64,000 nt of DNA from Anaeromyxobacter sp. (GCA_049840735.1 JASGJN010000013.1:96001-160000), one strand, 5' to 3'; counted from the stretch's first letter, positions 20,363 through 29,737 are shown. The notes: generated by a model from the letters alone, not told the origin. Numbers and translations: made by a program.

Positions 20363-21373
20363 ACCTGCTCGTCACCGGCGGCACCGGCTTCCTGGGCTCC
20401 ACCCTGGTGCCGCTGCTGACCGCAGCCGGCCACCGGGTGCGGCTCTTGCAGCGGTCCGCCGCCCCCGAGGCCGAGCGGCTCGGCGCCCAGGTGCTGCGCG
20501 GCTCCGTGGAGGACGCCGACGCGGTCCGGGCCGCGCTGGACGGCGTGGACGCCGTGTACCACCTGGCCGGCCAGGTCACGTTCGATCCGGACGACCCCGC
20601 CCGGCTCTACGCGCTGCACGTGCAGGGCACCCGCGTGCTCCTGGAGGGCTGCGTGGCCGCCGGCGTGAAGCGGGTGGTGCTCGCGTCGTCGTCCGGGACC
20701 ATCGCCGTCTCGAAGCAGGAGCGGGTGGCCACCGAGGCGGACGACTACCCGCTCCACGCCGTGGGCGAGTGGCCCTACTACCTCTCCAAGATCTACCAGG
20801 AGAAGACCGCGCTCCGGTTCCACCGCGAGGCCGGGCTGCCGGTGGTGGTGCTCAACCCCTCGCTCCTGCTCGGCCCGGGCGACAGCCGCCTCTCCTCCAC
20901 CGACGTGGTCTTCAAGTTCCTCGAGCAGCGCATCCCCGCCATGCCGTCGGGCGGCATCTCCTTCGTGGACGTGCGCGACGCCGCCGCCGCGTTCGTGGCG
21001 GCGCTCGCGCAGGGCCGGCCCGGCGAGCGGTACCTGCTCGGCGGCGCCAACATGACCTTCCGGGACTTCTTCGGCCGGCTGGAGCGGCTCTCCGGCGTGG
21101 CCGCGCCGGTGGTGGCCCTGCCCAGCGCCGTGAACGTCGCCGGCGTGAAGCTGCTGGAGAAGGTGGCCAGCTGGCGCGGCGCCGAGCCGCTCGATCGACG
21201 CGCACTCCGTGGAGATGGGCGAGCGCTGGTGGTACTGCGACTCCGGCAAGGCCCAGGCCGAGCTCGGCTTCGCCGCCCGCGATCCGCACGAGACCCTCGC
21301 CGAGACCGTCCGCTGGCTGGAGCGGAACGTGCGGCGACGGGTGCGAAGCGTCGCGGACCTGCCCGCGCGCTGA
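20359..21373 (+). CDS. NAD-dependent epimerase/dehydratase (extended SDR); apparent +1 frameshift at ~21191
   Basis: [18 protein letters not shown] and FVDVRD. The typical C-terminus ([13 protein letters not shown]...[10 protein letters not shown]) is in the next frame; GTGA overlap with elbD. Confidence 0.85.
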
Positions 21374-21412
21374 GCCGGGGCCGGCGCCGCGCAACCCCGC
21401 GCTCCGCGCTCC

Positions 21413-21492
21413 ACGTTTGCGCGTTTGCGCGTTTGCGCGTTTGCGCGTTTGCGCGACTGCGCGACTGCGCGACGGCGCGAGCTCGCGACGGC
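21413..21492. repeat. 8-bp tandem repeat, ~10 units drifting GCGTTTGC > GCGACTGC > GCGACGGC
   Basis: Read directly: 1 ACGTTTGC, 4 GCGTTTGC, 2 GCGACTGC, then GCGACGGC, GCGAGCTC, GCGACGGC. Confidence 0.85.
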
Positions 21493-21584
21493 CTCCTCCG
21501 GAAGCCGGCTCCCGTCCTGGAGCCGGCTCCCGCCGGCGCCGGCTGGGCGTGCGCCAGGACGGAGGGGGAGTTAGGCTCGCAGCT

Positions 21585-21900
21585 GTGGCGAGCGAGAATC
21601 TGCCAGTACTGCGGGGTGGACCTGGACGAGGTGCCGCCCGGCCGCGAGGAGGGCTGGCTCTACGGCATCGAGTGCGCTCGCTGCCCGCCGGGGCGGCGGC
21701 GCTCGCTGGTGCTGGCGCGGCGTGAGCGCGTCGCGTCGCTGGAGTGCCCGGACTGCGGCGCTGCGCTGGCCCCGGCCGAGGGGCACCCTGACGTGCTGGT
21801 CGTGAAGCAGGTCAGCTACGAGGTCTGCGCGGCGTGCGGGGAGCGGTGCGGCGTGGCCTCGGTCCGGAAGATCAGGGACGTGTCGGGCGGGACCATGTGA
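21585..21900 (+). CDS. Small Cys-rich putative zinc-binding protein (~104 aa); apparent +1 frameshift at ~21597
   Basis: CQYC, CARC, CPDC and CAACGERC. GTG 21585 becomes in-frame if one A is removed from GAATC 21596-21600; TAGGCT lies 7 nt upstream. Confidence 0.55.
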
Positions 21901-21982
21901 CCCCAATCCAGCGGGCGGTCGCGGCCGAGCCGGCGGCAGACCGCGGCCACCCGCACCACCGGGCCAGCCGCGCGGCTCACGC

Positions 21983-22447
21983 TCAGCCGCGTTGACGGCC
22001 GAGCGCGATCCTCGCCACCGGCTGACCGCCGGAGCGGGTGCCGAGGCGACCGCGCGCCGTCAGCAGCTCCAGCGCGGCGATCGCCGCCGGCTCGAGCCCA
22101 TCATCCTTGCTCACCACCGCGTCGGCGCCGGCGGTCCGCAGCGCGTCCGCCCGCACGGAATCCAGGTGCCCGCTCAGGACCACGATCGGGAGGTCCCGCT
22201 CGCCGCCGAGCTCACGGACCGCCATCACCAGCGCGTCCCCCGACAGCCCCGGCATGAGCAGGTCCGTGACCAGCACATCCAGGGAGAGCAGCTCGTCCGA
22301 CAGCCGCCTCAGCCCATCGCGCCCATCGGCGGCCCAGACGCTGTCGATCCCGCGCTCCGCCAGCAGCGCGCCGAGCACGTGCACGACGACCGGATCGTCG
22401 TCGACGATGAGGGCCCGAGGCCGGCTGGTGGCCAACGCTAGCTCCAC
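21983..22447 (-). CDS. Single-domain response regulator (REC)
   Basis: ALIVDDD, VTDLLMPGLSG, VLSG and VSK motifs. Confidence 0.8.
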   Translation of the reverse strand: MELALATSRPRALIVDDDPVVVHVLGALLAERGIDSVWAADGRDGLRRLSDELLSLDVLVTDLLMPGLSGDALVMAVRELGGERDLPIVVLSGHLDSVRADALRTAGADAVVSKDDGLEPAAIAALELLTARGRLGTRSGGQPVARIALGRQRG

Positions 22448-22677
22448 GCATGAACTCCCGGAGAAACCCTAGCGAGCGGCTCCCGGGCTGTAAACGCTCG
22501 GGGTCGGCCAGCGGCGTCCCACGAGGCACCTACGCCTCCCGCGACCCGGCCTGAACGCGTGTCGGCGTGTCGGAGGCCGGAGGTCGGCATGTCGTGTTCG
22601 GCCGTCTTCGCAGCGGCATGTCGGCGGGTCGACGTGTCGGCGTCTGGTCGCGGCCGGCAAGCGGCGCTCAGCGGCGC

Positions 22678-23079
22678 TCAGCACCGTTCGGCGCCGGATG
22701 TGCGATAGACCTCCAGCGCCCACCGGATCGCCTTGAGCAGCGTGGGGACCTCGAGGGGCTTCTGGATGAAGCAGCACGCGCCGCAGGCGAGCATCTCCTG
22801 CTCCGTCCCCAGGTGGCCCGAGACGCCGATCAGCGGCAGCTGCTGGAGGTGGGGAGCGGGCGACTCCTTCACCCACCGGATGAACTCCGCGCCGGTGATG
22901 CCCGAGAGGCGGTGATCCACGACGGCCACGCCGAGCTCCTCCTGCTGCGCAATCCGCACGGCGGCCTCGCCACTCGCCGCACAGACCGGGGCCATGCCGG
23001 CCTGCTCGATGGCGTCCGCGATCATCTCGCGGAGCAGCTCCTCGTCCTCGACGACCAGCACCCGTACCGGCTCCGCCAT
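22678..23079 (-). CDS. Single-domain response regulator (REC)
   Basis: VLVVEDE, VVDHRLSGITG, GVSG and FIQKP motifs. Confidence 0.85.
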   Translation of the reverse strand: MAEPVRVLVVEDEELLREMIADAIEQAGMAPVCAASGEAAVRIAQQEELGVAVVDHRLSGITGAEFIRWVKESPAPHLQQLPLIGVSGHLGTEQEMLACGACCFIQKPLEVPTLLKAIRWALEVYRTSGAERC

Positions 23080-23333
23080 GTCGACATCCCCCACTTCGAG
23101 TCCGATGGTAGACGGCGCGGCGAACCTGCACCAGCGGTGGAGGACGGCACTCTCGTGCCGGGTGAAGGTCCGACACGGGTGTGGGCCCGGTACGGTCCAG
23201 TGCGCGTGGGACGACGATGCCGGTGGCCTCAAGTGACCGAGCGTCACATCGGTGCGCGCGCCCCATCGCACTCCGGTTCGCGTGGCGCCTCGGACTGGCA
23301 CGCCGGGAAGGGCCGGATCCCGCGAAACAACAG

Positions 23334-23363
23334 AGCGGGCCCCCCTGCTTCGGGAGGCCCGCT
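23334..23363 (-). terminator. Hairpin downstream of tRNA-Cys
   Basis: AGCGGGCC...GGCCCGCT inverted repeat, followed on the minus strand by CTGTTGTTT. Confidence 0.5.
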
Positions 23364-23383
23364 GGGATTTCCGGTACTTCGAG

Positions 23384-23455
23384 AGGCACCGGGCGGATTC
23401 GAACCGCCGGATACGGGTTTTGCAGACCCGGGCCTTACCACTTGGCGACGGTGCC
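23384..23455 (-). tRNA. tRNA-Cys (GCA), CCA not encoded
   Basis: GGCACCG acceptor stem, GCCAAGTGGTAAGGC D-arm, CGGGT-CTGCAAA-ACCCG anticodon arm, GGCGG-TTCGAAT-CCGCC T-arm, U73 discriminator. Confidence 0.96.
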
Positions 23456-23470
23456 GTACGGCAGGGGAGC

Positions 23471-23499
23471 CTTTTATCGGAGGCCCGTTTCGGCGTCAA
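23471..23499 (-). promoter_or_regulatory. Sigma-70-type promoter for tRNA-Cys
   Basis: TTGACG-N17-TAAAAG on the minus strand, ending 15 nt before the tRNA. Confidence 0.6.
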
Positions 23500-24089
23500 C
23501 GCGCCCCGTGTCGCCGCGCTTGTGGTCGCACCCTGGGGACGAGGGCAACGCTCCGCACCCGGAGGCCTCGCCGGGCGAGCGCGTCCAGCAGGCCCGGGAT
23601 CTCGGCCTCGGCAGCCGCACGGAGCGCTTCGGCCGGCCGAAGCGTGAGCTCCAGCCCAGCCGGGCCCGTCCTGAGGTCCACTGAGAGCGACGTCCCGAAC
23701 CCCAGCGTGAGCAGCCCCGGGCACGCCCCGGCGCGCAGCGCCGCCTCGATGGATACGGGCACCGCCGCCACAGCGGCGGCGAAGGTGCTTGTCTCCGCGT
23801 GCAGGCCCTCCCCCGGACTTGCGCCCGTCCCCTCGCCAGGCAGCGAGCGCGCTGCCTGGGGCGGCCCGCCTTGGTCCAGCGGACTTCCCCCGGTGCCGGC
23901 CCGGTCGTGCCCCCGTCTCGGCCTGCCCGCGCCCGGGGGATCCTGCCGCCCGGAGCCTGCGGGTTCCATCTTCCGCTGCTCAGCAGCCGCGAGGGCGCCG
24001 GAGAACGTCCGGCCCTGACTGGCACGCGAGCCCTCCGCGTTCGCGGGTGATGGAGCGCCGGCGGAGCACGTGGCCGAGCAGGTGGTCAT
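23496..24089 (-). CDS. Hypothetical protein; disordered N-terminus with a FliK-C-like C-terminal domain
   Basis: LSVDLRTGPAGLELTLR...EIPGLLDALARRGLRVRSVAL has the beta-beta-alpha-alpha-beta pattern of hook-length control C-domains; start chosen from the adjacent sigma-54-like site. Confidence 0.4.
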   Translation of the reverse strand: MTTCSATCSAGAPSPANAEGSRASQGRTFSGALAAAEQRKMEPAGSGRQDPPGAGRPRRGHDRAGTGGSPLDQGGPPQAARSLPGEGTGASPGEGLHAETSTFAAAVAAVPVSIEAALRAGACPGLLTLGFGTSLSVDLRTGPAGLELTLRPAEALRAAAEAEIPGLLDALARRGLRVRSVALVPRVRPQARRHGAR

Positions 24090-24101
24090 GACCGGCGCGT
24101 C

Positions 24102-24118
24102 TGCAGGACCAGTGCCGG
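24102..24118 (-). promoter_or_regulatory. Putative sigma-54 promoter
   Basis: Minus strand CCGGCACTGGTCCTGCA (GG-N10-GC); predicted +1 falls within ~2 nt of ATG 24089. Confidence 0.4.
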
Positions 24119-24310
24119 TGCAAAAGACCGCCCAGCCGCGATGGGCTGGGGAGGATGAAGGTCCGCGCCTCGGCCCCATGGTCCGCGCCGCGGACCATGG
24201 GCCCGGACGACCGGCGCCCGGTCGCATGTCCAGGGCCAAGAGATGAGCGCGCATGAGGCCGCTCCGTCCGGCCGACCTGCCTCGGCACCCGGCATGCATT
24301 CACCTTCGGC

Positions 24311-25600
24311 ATGTCCGCACGCGCAGAAGCCCGACAGCTGGCCGAGCTGCTCAGGAACGAACACGGCATGATGACCGACTTCCTGGTCGCCCTGGCCGAC
24401 TTCGACCGCCGAGGCGGATGGGCTGAGCTGGGCCACGCGAGCCTCTTCTCCTTCCTCCAGAAGGAGCTGCGACTGTCCGCCGGTGCCGCGCAGTACCGCA
24501 AGACCGCCGTGGCGCTGCTCCACCAGTTTCCACAGGTGGAGTCCGCGCTCCGCGAGGGCAGGCTCTGCCTTTCGTCCGTCATCGAGCTCTCGAAGGTCAT
24601 CGATCCGAGCAACGCGGACCAGGTGCTCCCGAGGTTCTTCGGCCTGTCACGACGCGCCGCTGGCGTCCTCGCCGTCTCCCTCAAGCCCGTGCCGAACCCT
24701 CCCATCCGGGACGTCATCACCCGGGAGCGCCAGACCTCGGCGCGAGGGACCGTCTCCGCCGGCACGGTGACCGCGACCACGGCGGCTGCGGCGACCCCGC
24801 AAGCAGACGACGCCTCCCTCCCTCTCGCACCCGACGCAGTCTCCTCGCCAGCGGTTCGGCCGGCCGAAGTGGAACCCCTCGCTCCAGCTGCTGCGCGCCC
24901 ACAAGGGACCGAGCTGGAGCTGCCGCTCGTCCCCGTCGCAGCGCGCGAGCTGCCGCCTGACGAAGCCGTCCCGCTAGCGGCGGGGCGCGCACGGGCCCAC
25001 TTCAACGTGTCCGACGGCTTCCTGGCCAAGCTGGAGGCGGCTCGATCCGCGCTGTCCCACCGGCTGCCCGAGGCCAGCATCGAGGAGATCCTGGAGGTCG
25101 GCCTCGACCTGATCCTCTCCGATGCGAACAAGCGCAAGGGCGTGGTCGAGCACCCGCGCGCCGTTCCGCCGGCCTCCTCGGGCGATCGCATCCCCGCCCA
25201 CGTCAGGCGTGAAGTCTGGAAGCGGTCTGGCGGCGGGTGCGAGGTCCCCCTGGCCTCGGGTGGCGTCTGCGGCTCCACCTTCCAGCTGGAGTACGGGCAC
25301 CTGATCGCCCGTGCGTGGGGCGGAAAGCCCACGAGCGAGAACATCCGTATGGAATGCCGGCCGCACAACCAGCAGGCGGCAAGACGGGACTTCGGCGACG
25401 CCTATGTGGACGCCTGCATCCAGCGCCGCCGAGCCGCTGCCCGCAAGAAGAAGGAGGGGCGGCGGTCGAGCCGCCGCGCATCGGGTGGCGCGAAGGAAGG
25501 AACGGCCCGCTCGGCCCGTGGCGCACGCCGCAAGGCCCAGGCGCGGTCGGGGGGCCGCGGCCGGCGGCGCCGCGGCGGGCGCGGTCGGCCGGAGCGGTGA
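24311..25600 (+). CDS. HNH endonuclease with N-terminal helical (DUF222-like) domain and Arg-rich tail
   Basis: IPAHVRREVWKRSGGGC...CGSTFQLEYGHLIARAWGGKPTSENIRMECRPHN (Zn-ribbon HNH); N-terminal FLVALADFDRRGGWAELGHASLF; less biased codon use than core genes. Confidence 0.8.
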   Translation: MSARAEARQLAELLRNEHGMMTDFLVALADFDRRGGWAELGHASLFSFLQKELRLSAGAAQYRKTAVALLHQFPQVESALREGRLCLSSVIELSKVIDPSNADQVLPRFFGLSRRAAGVLAVSLKPVPNPPIRDVITRERQTSARGTVSAGTVTATTAAAATPQADDASLPLAPDAVSSPAVRPAEVEPLAPAAARPQGTELELPLVPVAARELPPDEAVPLAAGRARAHFNVSDGFLAKLEAARSALSHRLPEASIEEILEVGLDLILSDANKRKGVVEHPRAVPPASSGDRIPAHVRREVWKRSGGGCEVPLASGGVCGSTFQLEYGHLIARAWGGKPTSENIRMECRPHNQQAARRDFGDAYVDACIQRRRAAARKKKEGRRSSRRASGGAKEGTARSARGARRKAQARSGGRGRRRRGGRGRPER

Positions 25601-25604
25601 ACCG

Positions 25605-26921
25605 TCAGCTGCGGTAGTCGGCGTTCTCGGTGACGTACTCGTGCGAGAGGTCCGCGCCCAGCACTGCGCTGGCGCCCGATCCCATGCCCAGGTCGATCGC
25701 GATCTCCACTCGCCGCTCGTGCGGCGGGAAGTCGACCGAGGGCCGGAAGCCGCCGTCCGCCGCCGCTACGCTCGCGTACAGCTCGGCGGACTTCATGTGC
25801 TCGACGAGGCGCCGCTCCTTGTCGGGGTCGAGCCGCATGGCTCCACCCTCCAGCACCACCTCACCGCCCACGCGCATCACCGCCCGCGCCGGGTCGAGGG
25901 CCAGGCCCGTGGCTCCGGCCAGCTTGCCGACGGCGCAAAGCAGACGCCCGACATTGGGGTCGTTCCCGTTCACTGCCGCCTTGAGGAGGGGTGAGTTGAC
26001 CACCGCCTTCCCGACGGAGCGCGCGGCCGCCTCGGTCGGAGCCCCCGAGACCGCAACGCGGACGACGTGATGGACCCCCTCGCCGTTTCGCACCACATCC
26101 TCGGCCAGGTCGGAGAGCACGCGCGCCAGGGCCGCCTCGAACTCCCCGGGGCCCGGGGCCGGGCGCTTGCGGGAGGAGAGCAGCGCGACCATGTCGGAGG
26201 TGCTGGTGTCGGAGTCGACGGAGATGCGGTTGAAGCTCGCATCGACGGCCTCCTCGAGCGCCGCCCTGAGCGGCGCCCGGCCCACGTCCAAATCGGTGAG
26301 GACGAACACCAGCAGCGTGGCCAGGTTGGGCTCGATCATGCCGGCGCCCTTGGCGAACGCCACGATGCTGCCCTGCCCGACCTCCGCCCTGCGGATCTTC
26401 GGGTAGAGGTCGGTGGTCATGATGGCCTCGGCCGCAGGCAACGCCGAGCCGCCGATCAGCGCGGCCGCGGCCTCCGGCAGCGCCCTGACCATGCGGTCCA
26501 CGGGGAGCTGCCAGCCGATCACGCCGGTGGAGGCCGGCAGGACCTGGTCGGGCGCGAGCCCCAGCAACCGGGCGGCCTCCCCGCACACGCGCTCGGCCGC
26601 CTCCACGCCGCCGGGCGCGCAGACATTCGAGACCTTGTTGTTGATGACCAGGGCGCCGACCGAGGGAGCCTCGAGCCTGCGCCGGCCGATGATCACCGGC
26701 GCACCCGGAAACGCGTTGCGGGTGTAGCGCGCCCCGAACGCCTCGGTGGGCTGGTCGAGCGCCACCAGCGTCAGGCTCATGCGCGAGGGCTTGGGGACCT
26801 CCACCGGCACGAACTCGAACCGGCACGTGCCGACGCGGAAGCCCTGCGGAAGGGCGGCCTGCGTCTCGAGCCACGCGCGGTGGGCGGCGCGGCTGGGGAA
26901 GGTGAGGTTGGTGGTCGGCAT
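25605..26921 (-). CDS. argJ: Bifunctional ornithine acetyltransferase/N-acetylglutamate synthase
   Basis: ASTGVIG, AIMTTD, KGAGMIEPNLATLL, DSDTSTSD, GEG, DPNVGR and ENADYRS motifs. Confidence 0.93.
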   Translation of the reverse strand: MPTTNLTFPSRAAHRAWLETQAALPQGFRVGTCRFEFVPVEVPKPSRMSLTLVALDQPTEAFGARYTRNAFPGAPVIIGRRRLEAPSVGALVINNKVSNVCAPGGVEAAERVCGEAARLLGLAPDQVLPASTGVIGWQLPVDRMVRALPEAAAALIGGSALPAAEAIMTTDLYPKIRRAEVGQGSIVAFAKGAGMIEPNLATLLVFVLTDLDVGRAPLRAALEEAVDASFNRISVDSDTSTSDMVALLSSRKRPAPGPGEFEAALARVLSDLAEDVVRNGEGVHHVVRVAVSGAPTEAAARSVGKAVVNSPLLKAAVNGNDPNVGRLLCAVGKLAGATGLALDPARAVMRVGGEVVLEGGAMRLDPDKERRLVEHMKSAELYASVAAADGGFRPSVDFPPHERRVEIAIDLGMGSGASAVLGADLSHEYVTENADYRS

Positions 26922-26975
26922 CCGGCGCGTTTACCGCGCCGCCAGCGGCCCGTCAACGCGCCGGGCGCGCCCGCG

Positions 26976-27641
26976 TCAAGCGAGCGCCAACACCGCCCGC
27001 GCGGCGACCAGGAAGTGCAGGACCGCGGCGCCGATCACCAGCGCGTGGAACACCTCGTGGTAACCGAAGACGCGGGGGAAGGGGTCGGGCCGCCTGAGCG
27101 CATAGACCACGGCGCCCAGGCTGTAGACCACGCCGCCGGCGGCGAGCAGCCCGATGGAGCCCGGGCCGAGCCTGGTCTGCAGCGCGGGGAGCACCGGGAG
27201 CACCACCCAGCCGAGCAGCACGTAGACGATGGCGGAGAGCGGCTTGGGACAGGTGGGCCAGAGCACGGACTGGATGATCCCGAGCGCGGCTCCGCTCCAG
27301 ACCACCACCAGCAACGTCGAGCCGCGCGAGTCGCCCAGCAGGAGGCAGATGGGCGTGTAGGTCCCCGCGATGAGCAGGAAGATGGCCGCGTGGTCCAGGC
27401 GACGCATGAGGAGGCGCGCCCGCGGCGACCAGGTCGGCCGGTGGTACAGGGCGCTCACGGCGAAGAGGGAGAAGAGGCTGGCGCCGTACACCTGCGCGGC
27501 GAGCGTCGCCCTGGCGCTGGGCGCGTGGACGGCCAGGACGGCCCACGCGGCGAGCGCGACGGCGGCGGCGACCTCGTGCGAGACACCGCGGAGCAGCGGC
27601 TTGGTGGCGAACGGCTGGTGAGCAGGGGCGGTGGTGGGCAA
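26976..27641 (-). CDS. Hemolysin III/PAQR family membrane protein
   Basis: SALYH, RRLDHAAIFLLIAGTYTP and YHEVFH motifs; TTG start after GGAGG. Confidence 0.9.
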   Translation of the reverse strand: MPTTAPAHQPFATKPLLRGVSHEVAAAVALAAWAVLAVHAPSARATLAAQVYGASLFSLFAVSALYHRPTWSPRARLLMRRLDHAAIFLLIAGTYTPICLLLGDSRGSTLLVVVWSGAALGIIQSVLWPTCPKPLSAIVYVLLGWVVLPVLPALQTRLGPGSIGLLAAGGVVYSLGAVVYALRRPDPFPRVFGYHEVFHALVIGAAVLHFLVAARAVLALA

Positions 27642-28035
27642 GCGGACCTCCGGATGCGACGCCCTTCCTTCTACGCGGCGCCGGTCACCCGTTCGTCACG
27701 GCTCGACCGCCCGCCCCCAAGGCCGCCGGGCGAGGTGCCTCCTGGCCCCCCTCTTCCCCGTTTCCCCGTCGGAACAGCACCCGCGGCGCGGCTTGGCGCA
27801 TGTCGGACGCCGGAGCAGTCTTTTTCCAGGCCAGTGGCCGGGCGGCCGTGGGACTCACGCCCGCCCGCCAGGGTCGTCGGGGGCGGGAGAGGCGTGCGCG
27901 CGGCCACGAGTGCCGAGCGACGGGGGCGGACGCACCGCCCGCTGTGGTGCGCAGGAGACGGGGGGCCGCGCGGGCGAACAGGCGCCCGGCTGGCTGACCG
28001 GTGAGCGCGGCGGGACGGTCCGAGGGAGGGCGGGG

Positions 28036-29562
28036 ATGGCGGGGTTCCGGAGCGCAGCACGGGGCGGGTGGGCGGCGTGGTGCGTGGTGGCTTGCCTGGT
28101 CGTCGGGGTGGCCGGCTTCGCGGGCGGCTGCGGAAGCGACAAGGGGACCGGCGGCGGGGTGCAGGATCCCCCGCCCAGCGACCCGCCTCCCCCACCGCCC
28201 CCGCCGCCGCCTCCTCCTCCGCCTCCCCCACCTCCCCCGCCGCCGGCGGTCGAGCCCCCGGTGCTGATGGGCGGGTACGCCTTCTACTCGGCCGCGCAAG
28301 GGCTCACGACGGACCCCTGGGACGCCTCGGCCGACGAGGGCGGCAACGTGTACGTGGCCGGAGGGGACGCGGTGTACGCCCGCGCCGCGGGCGCGGTGGA
28401 CTTCGCCCGCTTCGGGCCGGAGCAGTCCGGGCTGACCGCGAACTGCCATGACCCGGCGGAGATCGACGTGAAGGACCCGCCGGACGCGGCCTTCACCTGC
28501 CCCATCATCTCGGTGGGGGGCGCCAGCGCCGGGCGAGCGGTGATCGGCTTCAAGGGCGTAGGCACCGACTACGACTACGACGCCCCGTGGGCGCTCGACT
28601 CGGGCGGCATCGACCTCGTCACCTTCGACGGGTCCGCCCTCGTGCTCGACCGGCACGTCCGCATCGCCTCGCCCCCCGGCGTCATCTGCGAGCACTGGCG
28701 CCCGGGCTCGAACAACAGCATCTGCGACGAGACCTGGACCGACTCGCCCTGGATGTCGGGCCGCAAGAAGATGCGCCAGGTGAAGCGGATCGTGGTGAAC
28801 CACGACCGGGCCCGGGCGCTCTCCTACGGCGACGTGTACCTGGGCGCCACCCACGGCACGATCGCTGTGCTGGTGGCCCACCCCGAGCAGCGCGGCTGGA
28901 TCGACTACACCAGGGGTGACCCCGCCTGGGCCGACACCAAGGGCATCTGGGAGCACGAGCACCCGGCCATCGGCGGTCCGGACGGCCGGTTCCTCACCGG
29001 CGAGTCGACCGCGCTGGCGCTCGACCCCGTGCAGAACGTCCCCTGGTTCTCGAACGAGATCCGCACCGCCAGCCTCCCGGAGTACGCCACCGCGCGTCAC
29101 CCGTCCTGGAACGGCTGGTGGGGCGAGATGGGCCCGCCGCGGCCGTTCATGGCCTTCTTCGGCCCGGCGGCCGACAACACGTACTGGGATCGCGTGTCAG
29201 GCCTCTCCTTCTGCGAAGACGGGACGCTCTGGGTGGCCTCTGCGGGCGGCGGACTGGGCGCGTACCACCGGGACGGCAGCTGGACGCCCGTCTCCATGCC
29301 TCCACTCTCCGGCAACGTCGCCAGCGCGGTCGCCTGCGACCCCTCCGATGGTTCGGTGTGGGTGGGCTTCGGATGGGGCGGGTTTGGACGCTGGCGTGAC
29401 GGCGCCTGGGAGTTCCCGGCGGCCGACGCGCCGACGTTCGTGCAGAACCCGGTGCGCAACATCCAAATCAACCGCTGGAGCTCGCCGCGCCAGGTGCTCG
29501 TGGTGCACGGCGCCACGCCCAAGTTCGGACCGGGTGGCCTCTCGGTCTACACCGGCCCCTGA
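28036..29562 (+). CDS. Putative lipoprotein with 21-Pro linker and beta-propeller-like domain
   Basis: Signal peptide ending FAGGC; poly-Pro at 28183-28245; blades such as GNVYVAG, GTLWVAS and GSVWVG. Confidence 0.7.
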   Translation: MAGFRSAARGGWAAWCVVACLVVGVAGFAGGCGSDKGTGGGVQDPPPSDPPPPPPPPPPPPPPPPPPPPPAVEPPVLMGGYAFYSAAQGLTTDPWDASADEGGNVYVAGGDAVYARAAGAVDFARFGPEQSGLTANCHDPAEIDVKDPPDAAFTCPIISVGGASAGRAVIGFKGVGTDYDYDAPWALDSGGIDLVTFDGSALVLDRHVRIASPPGVICEHWRPGSNNSICDETWTDSPWMSGRKKMRQVKRIVVNHDRARALSYGDVYLGATHGTIAVLVAHPEQRGWIDYTRGDPAWADTKGIWEHEHPAIGGPDGRFLTGESTALALDPVQNVPWFSNEIRTASLPEYATARHPSWNGWWGEMGPPRPFMAFFGPAADNTYWDRVSGLSFCEDGTLWVASAGGGLGAYHRDGSWTPVSMPPLSGNVASAVACDPSDGSVWVGFGWGGFGRWRDGAWEFPAADAPTFVQNPVRNIQINRWSSPRQVLVVHGATPKFGPGGLSVYTGP

Positions 29563-29737
29563 ACCGGAGGGGCCAGGTCGCCGACGGAAGCGAGGAGGGA
29601 TGGGTCACTCGGGGTGACATCACCGGTGGTTCGTGGGATTGACGCTGCGTCGTCCATCACTGTCAGTGCCGGTACGCCCGGGGATGGACCCGAAAAGGAC
29701 GCTGCTCGGCTGGGACCCCTTTGCTAATCGTCCCCCC

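Noticed and set aside
22523..22530. GAGGCACC matching the tRNA-Cys 3' end as an att site
   Set aside because: Only 8 bp in GC-rich DNA, and no integrase nearby.
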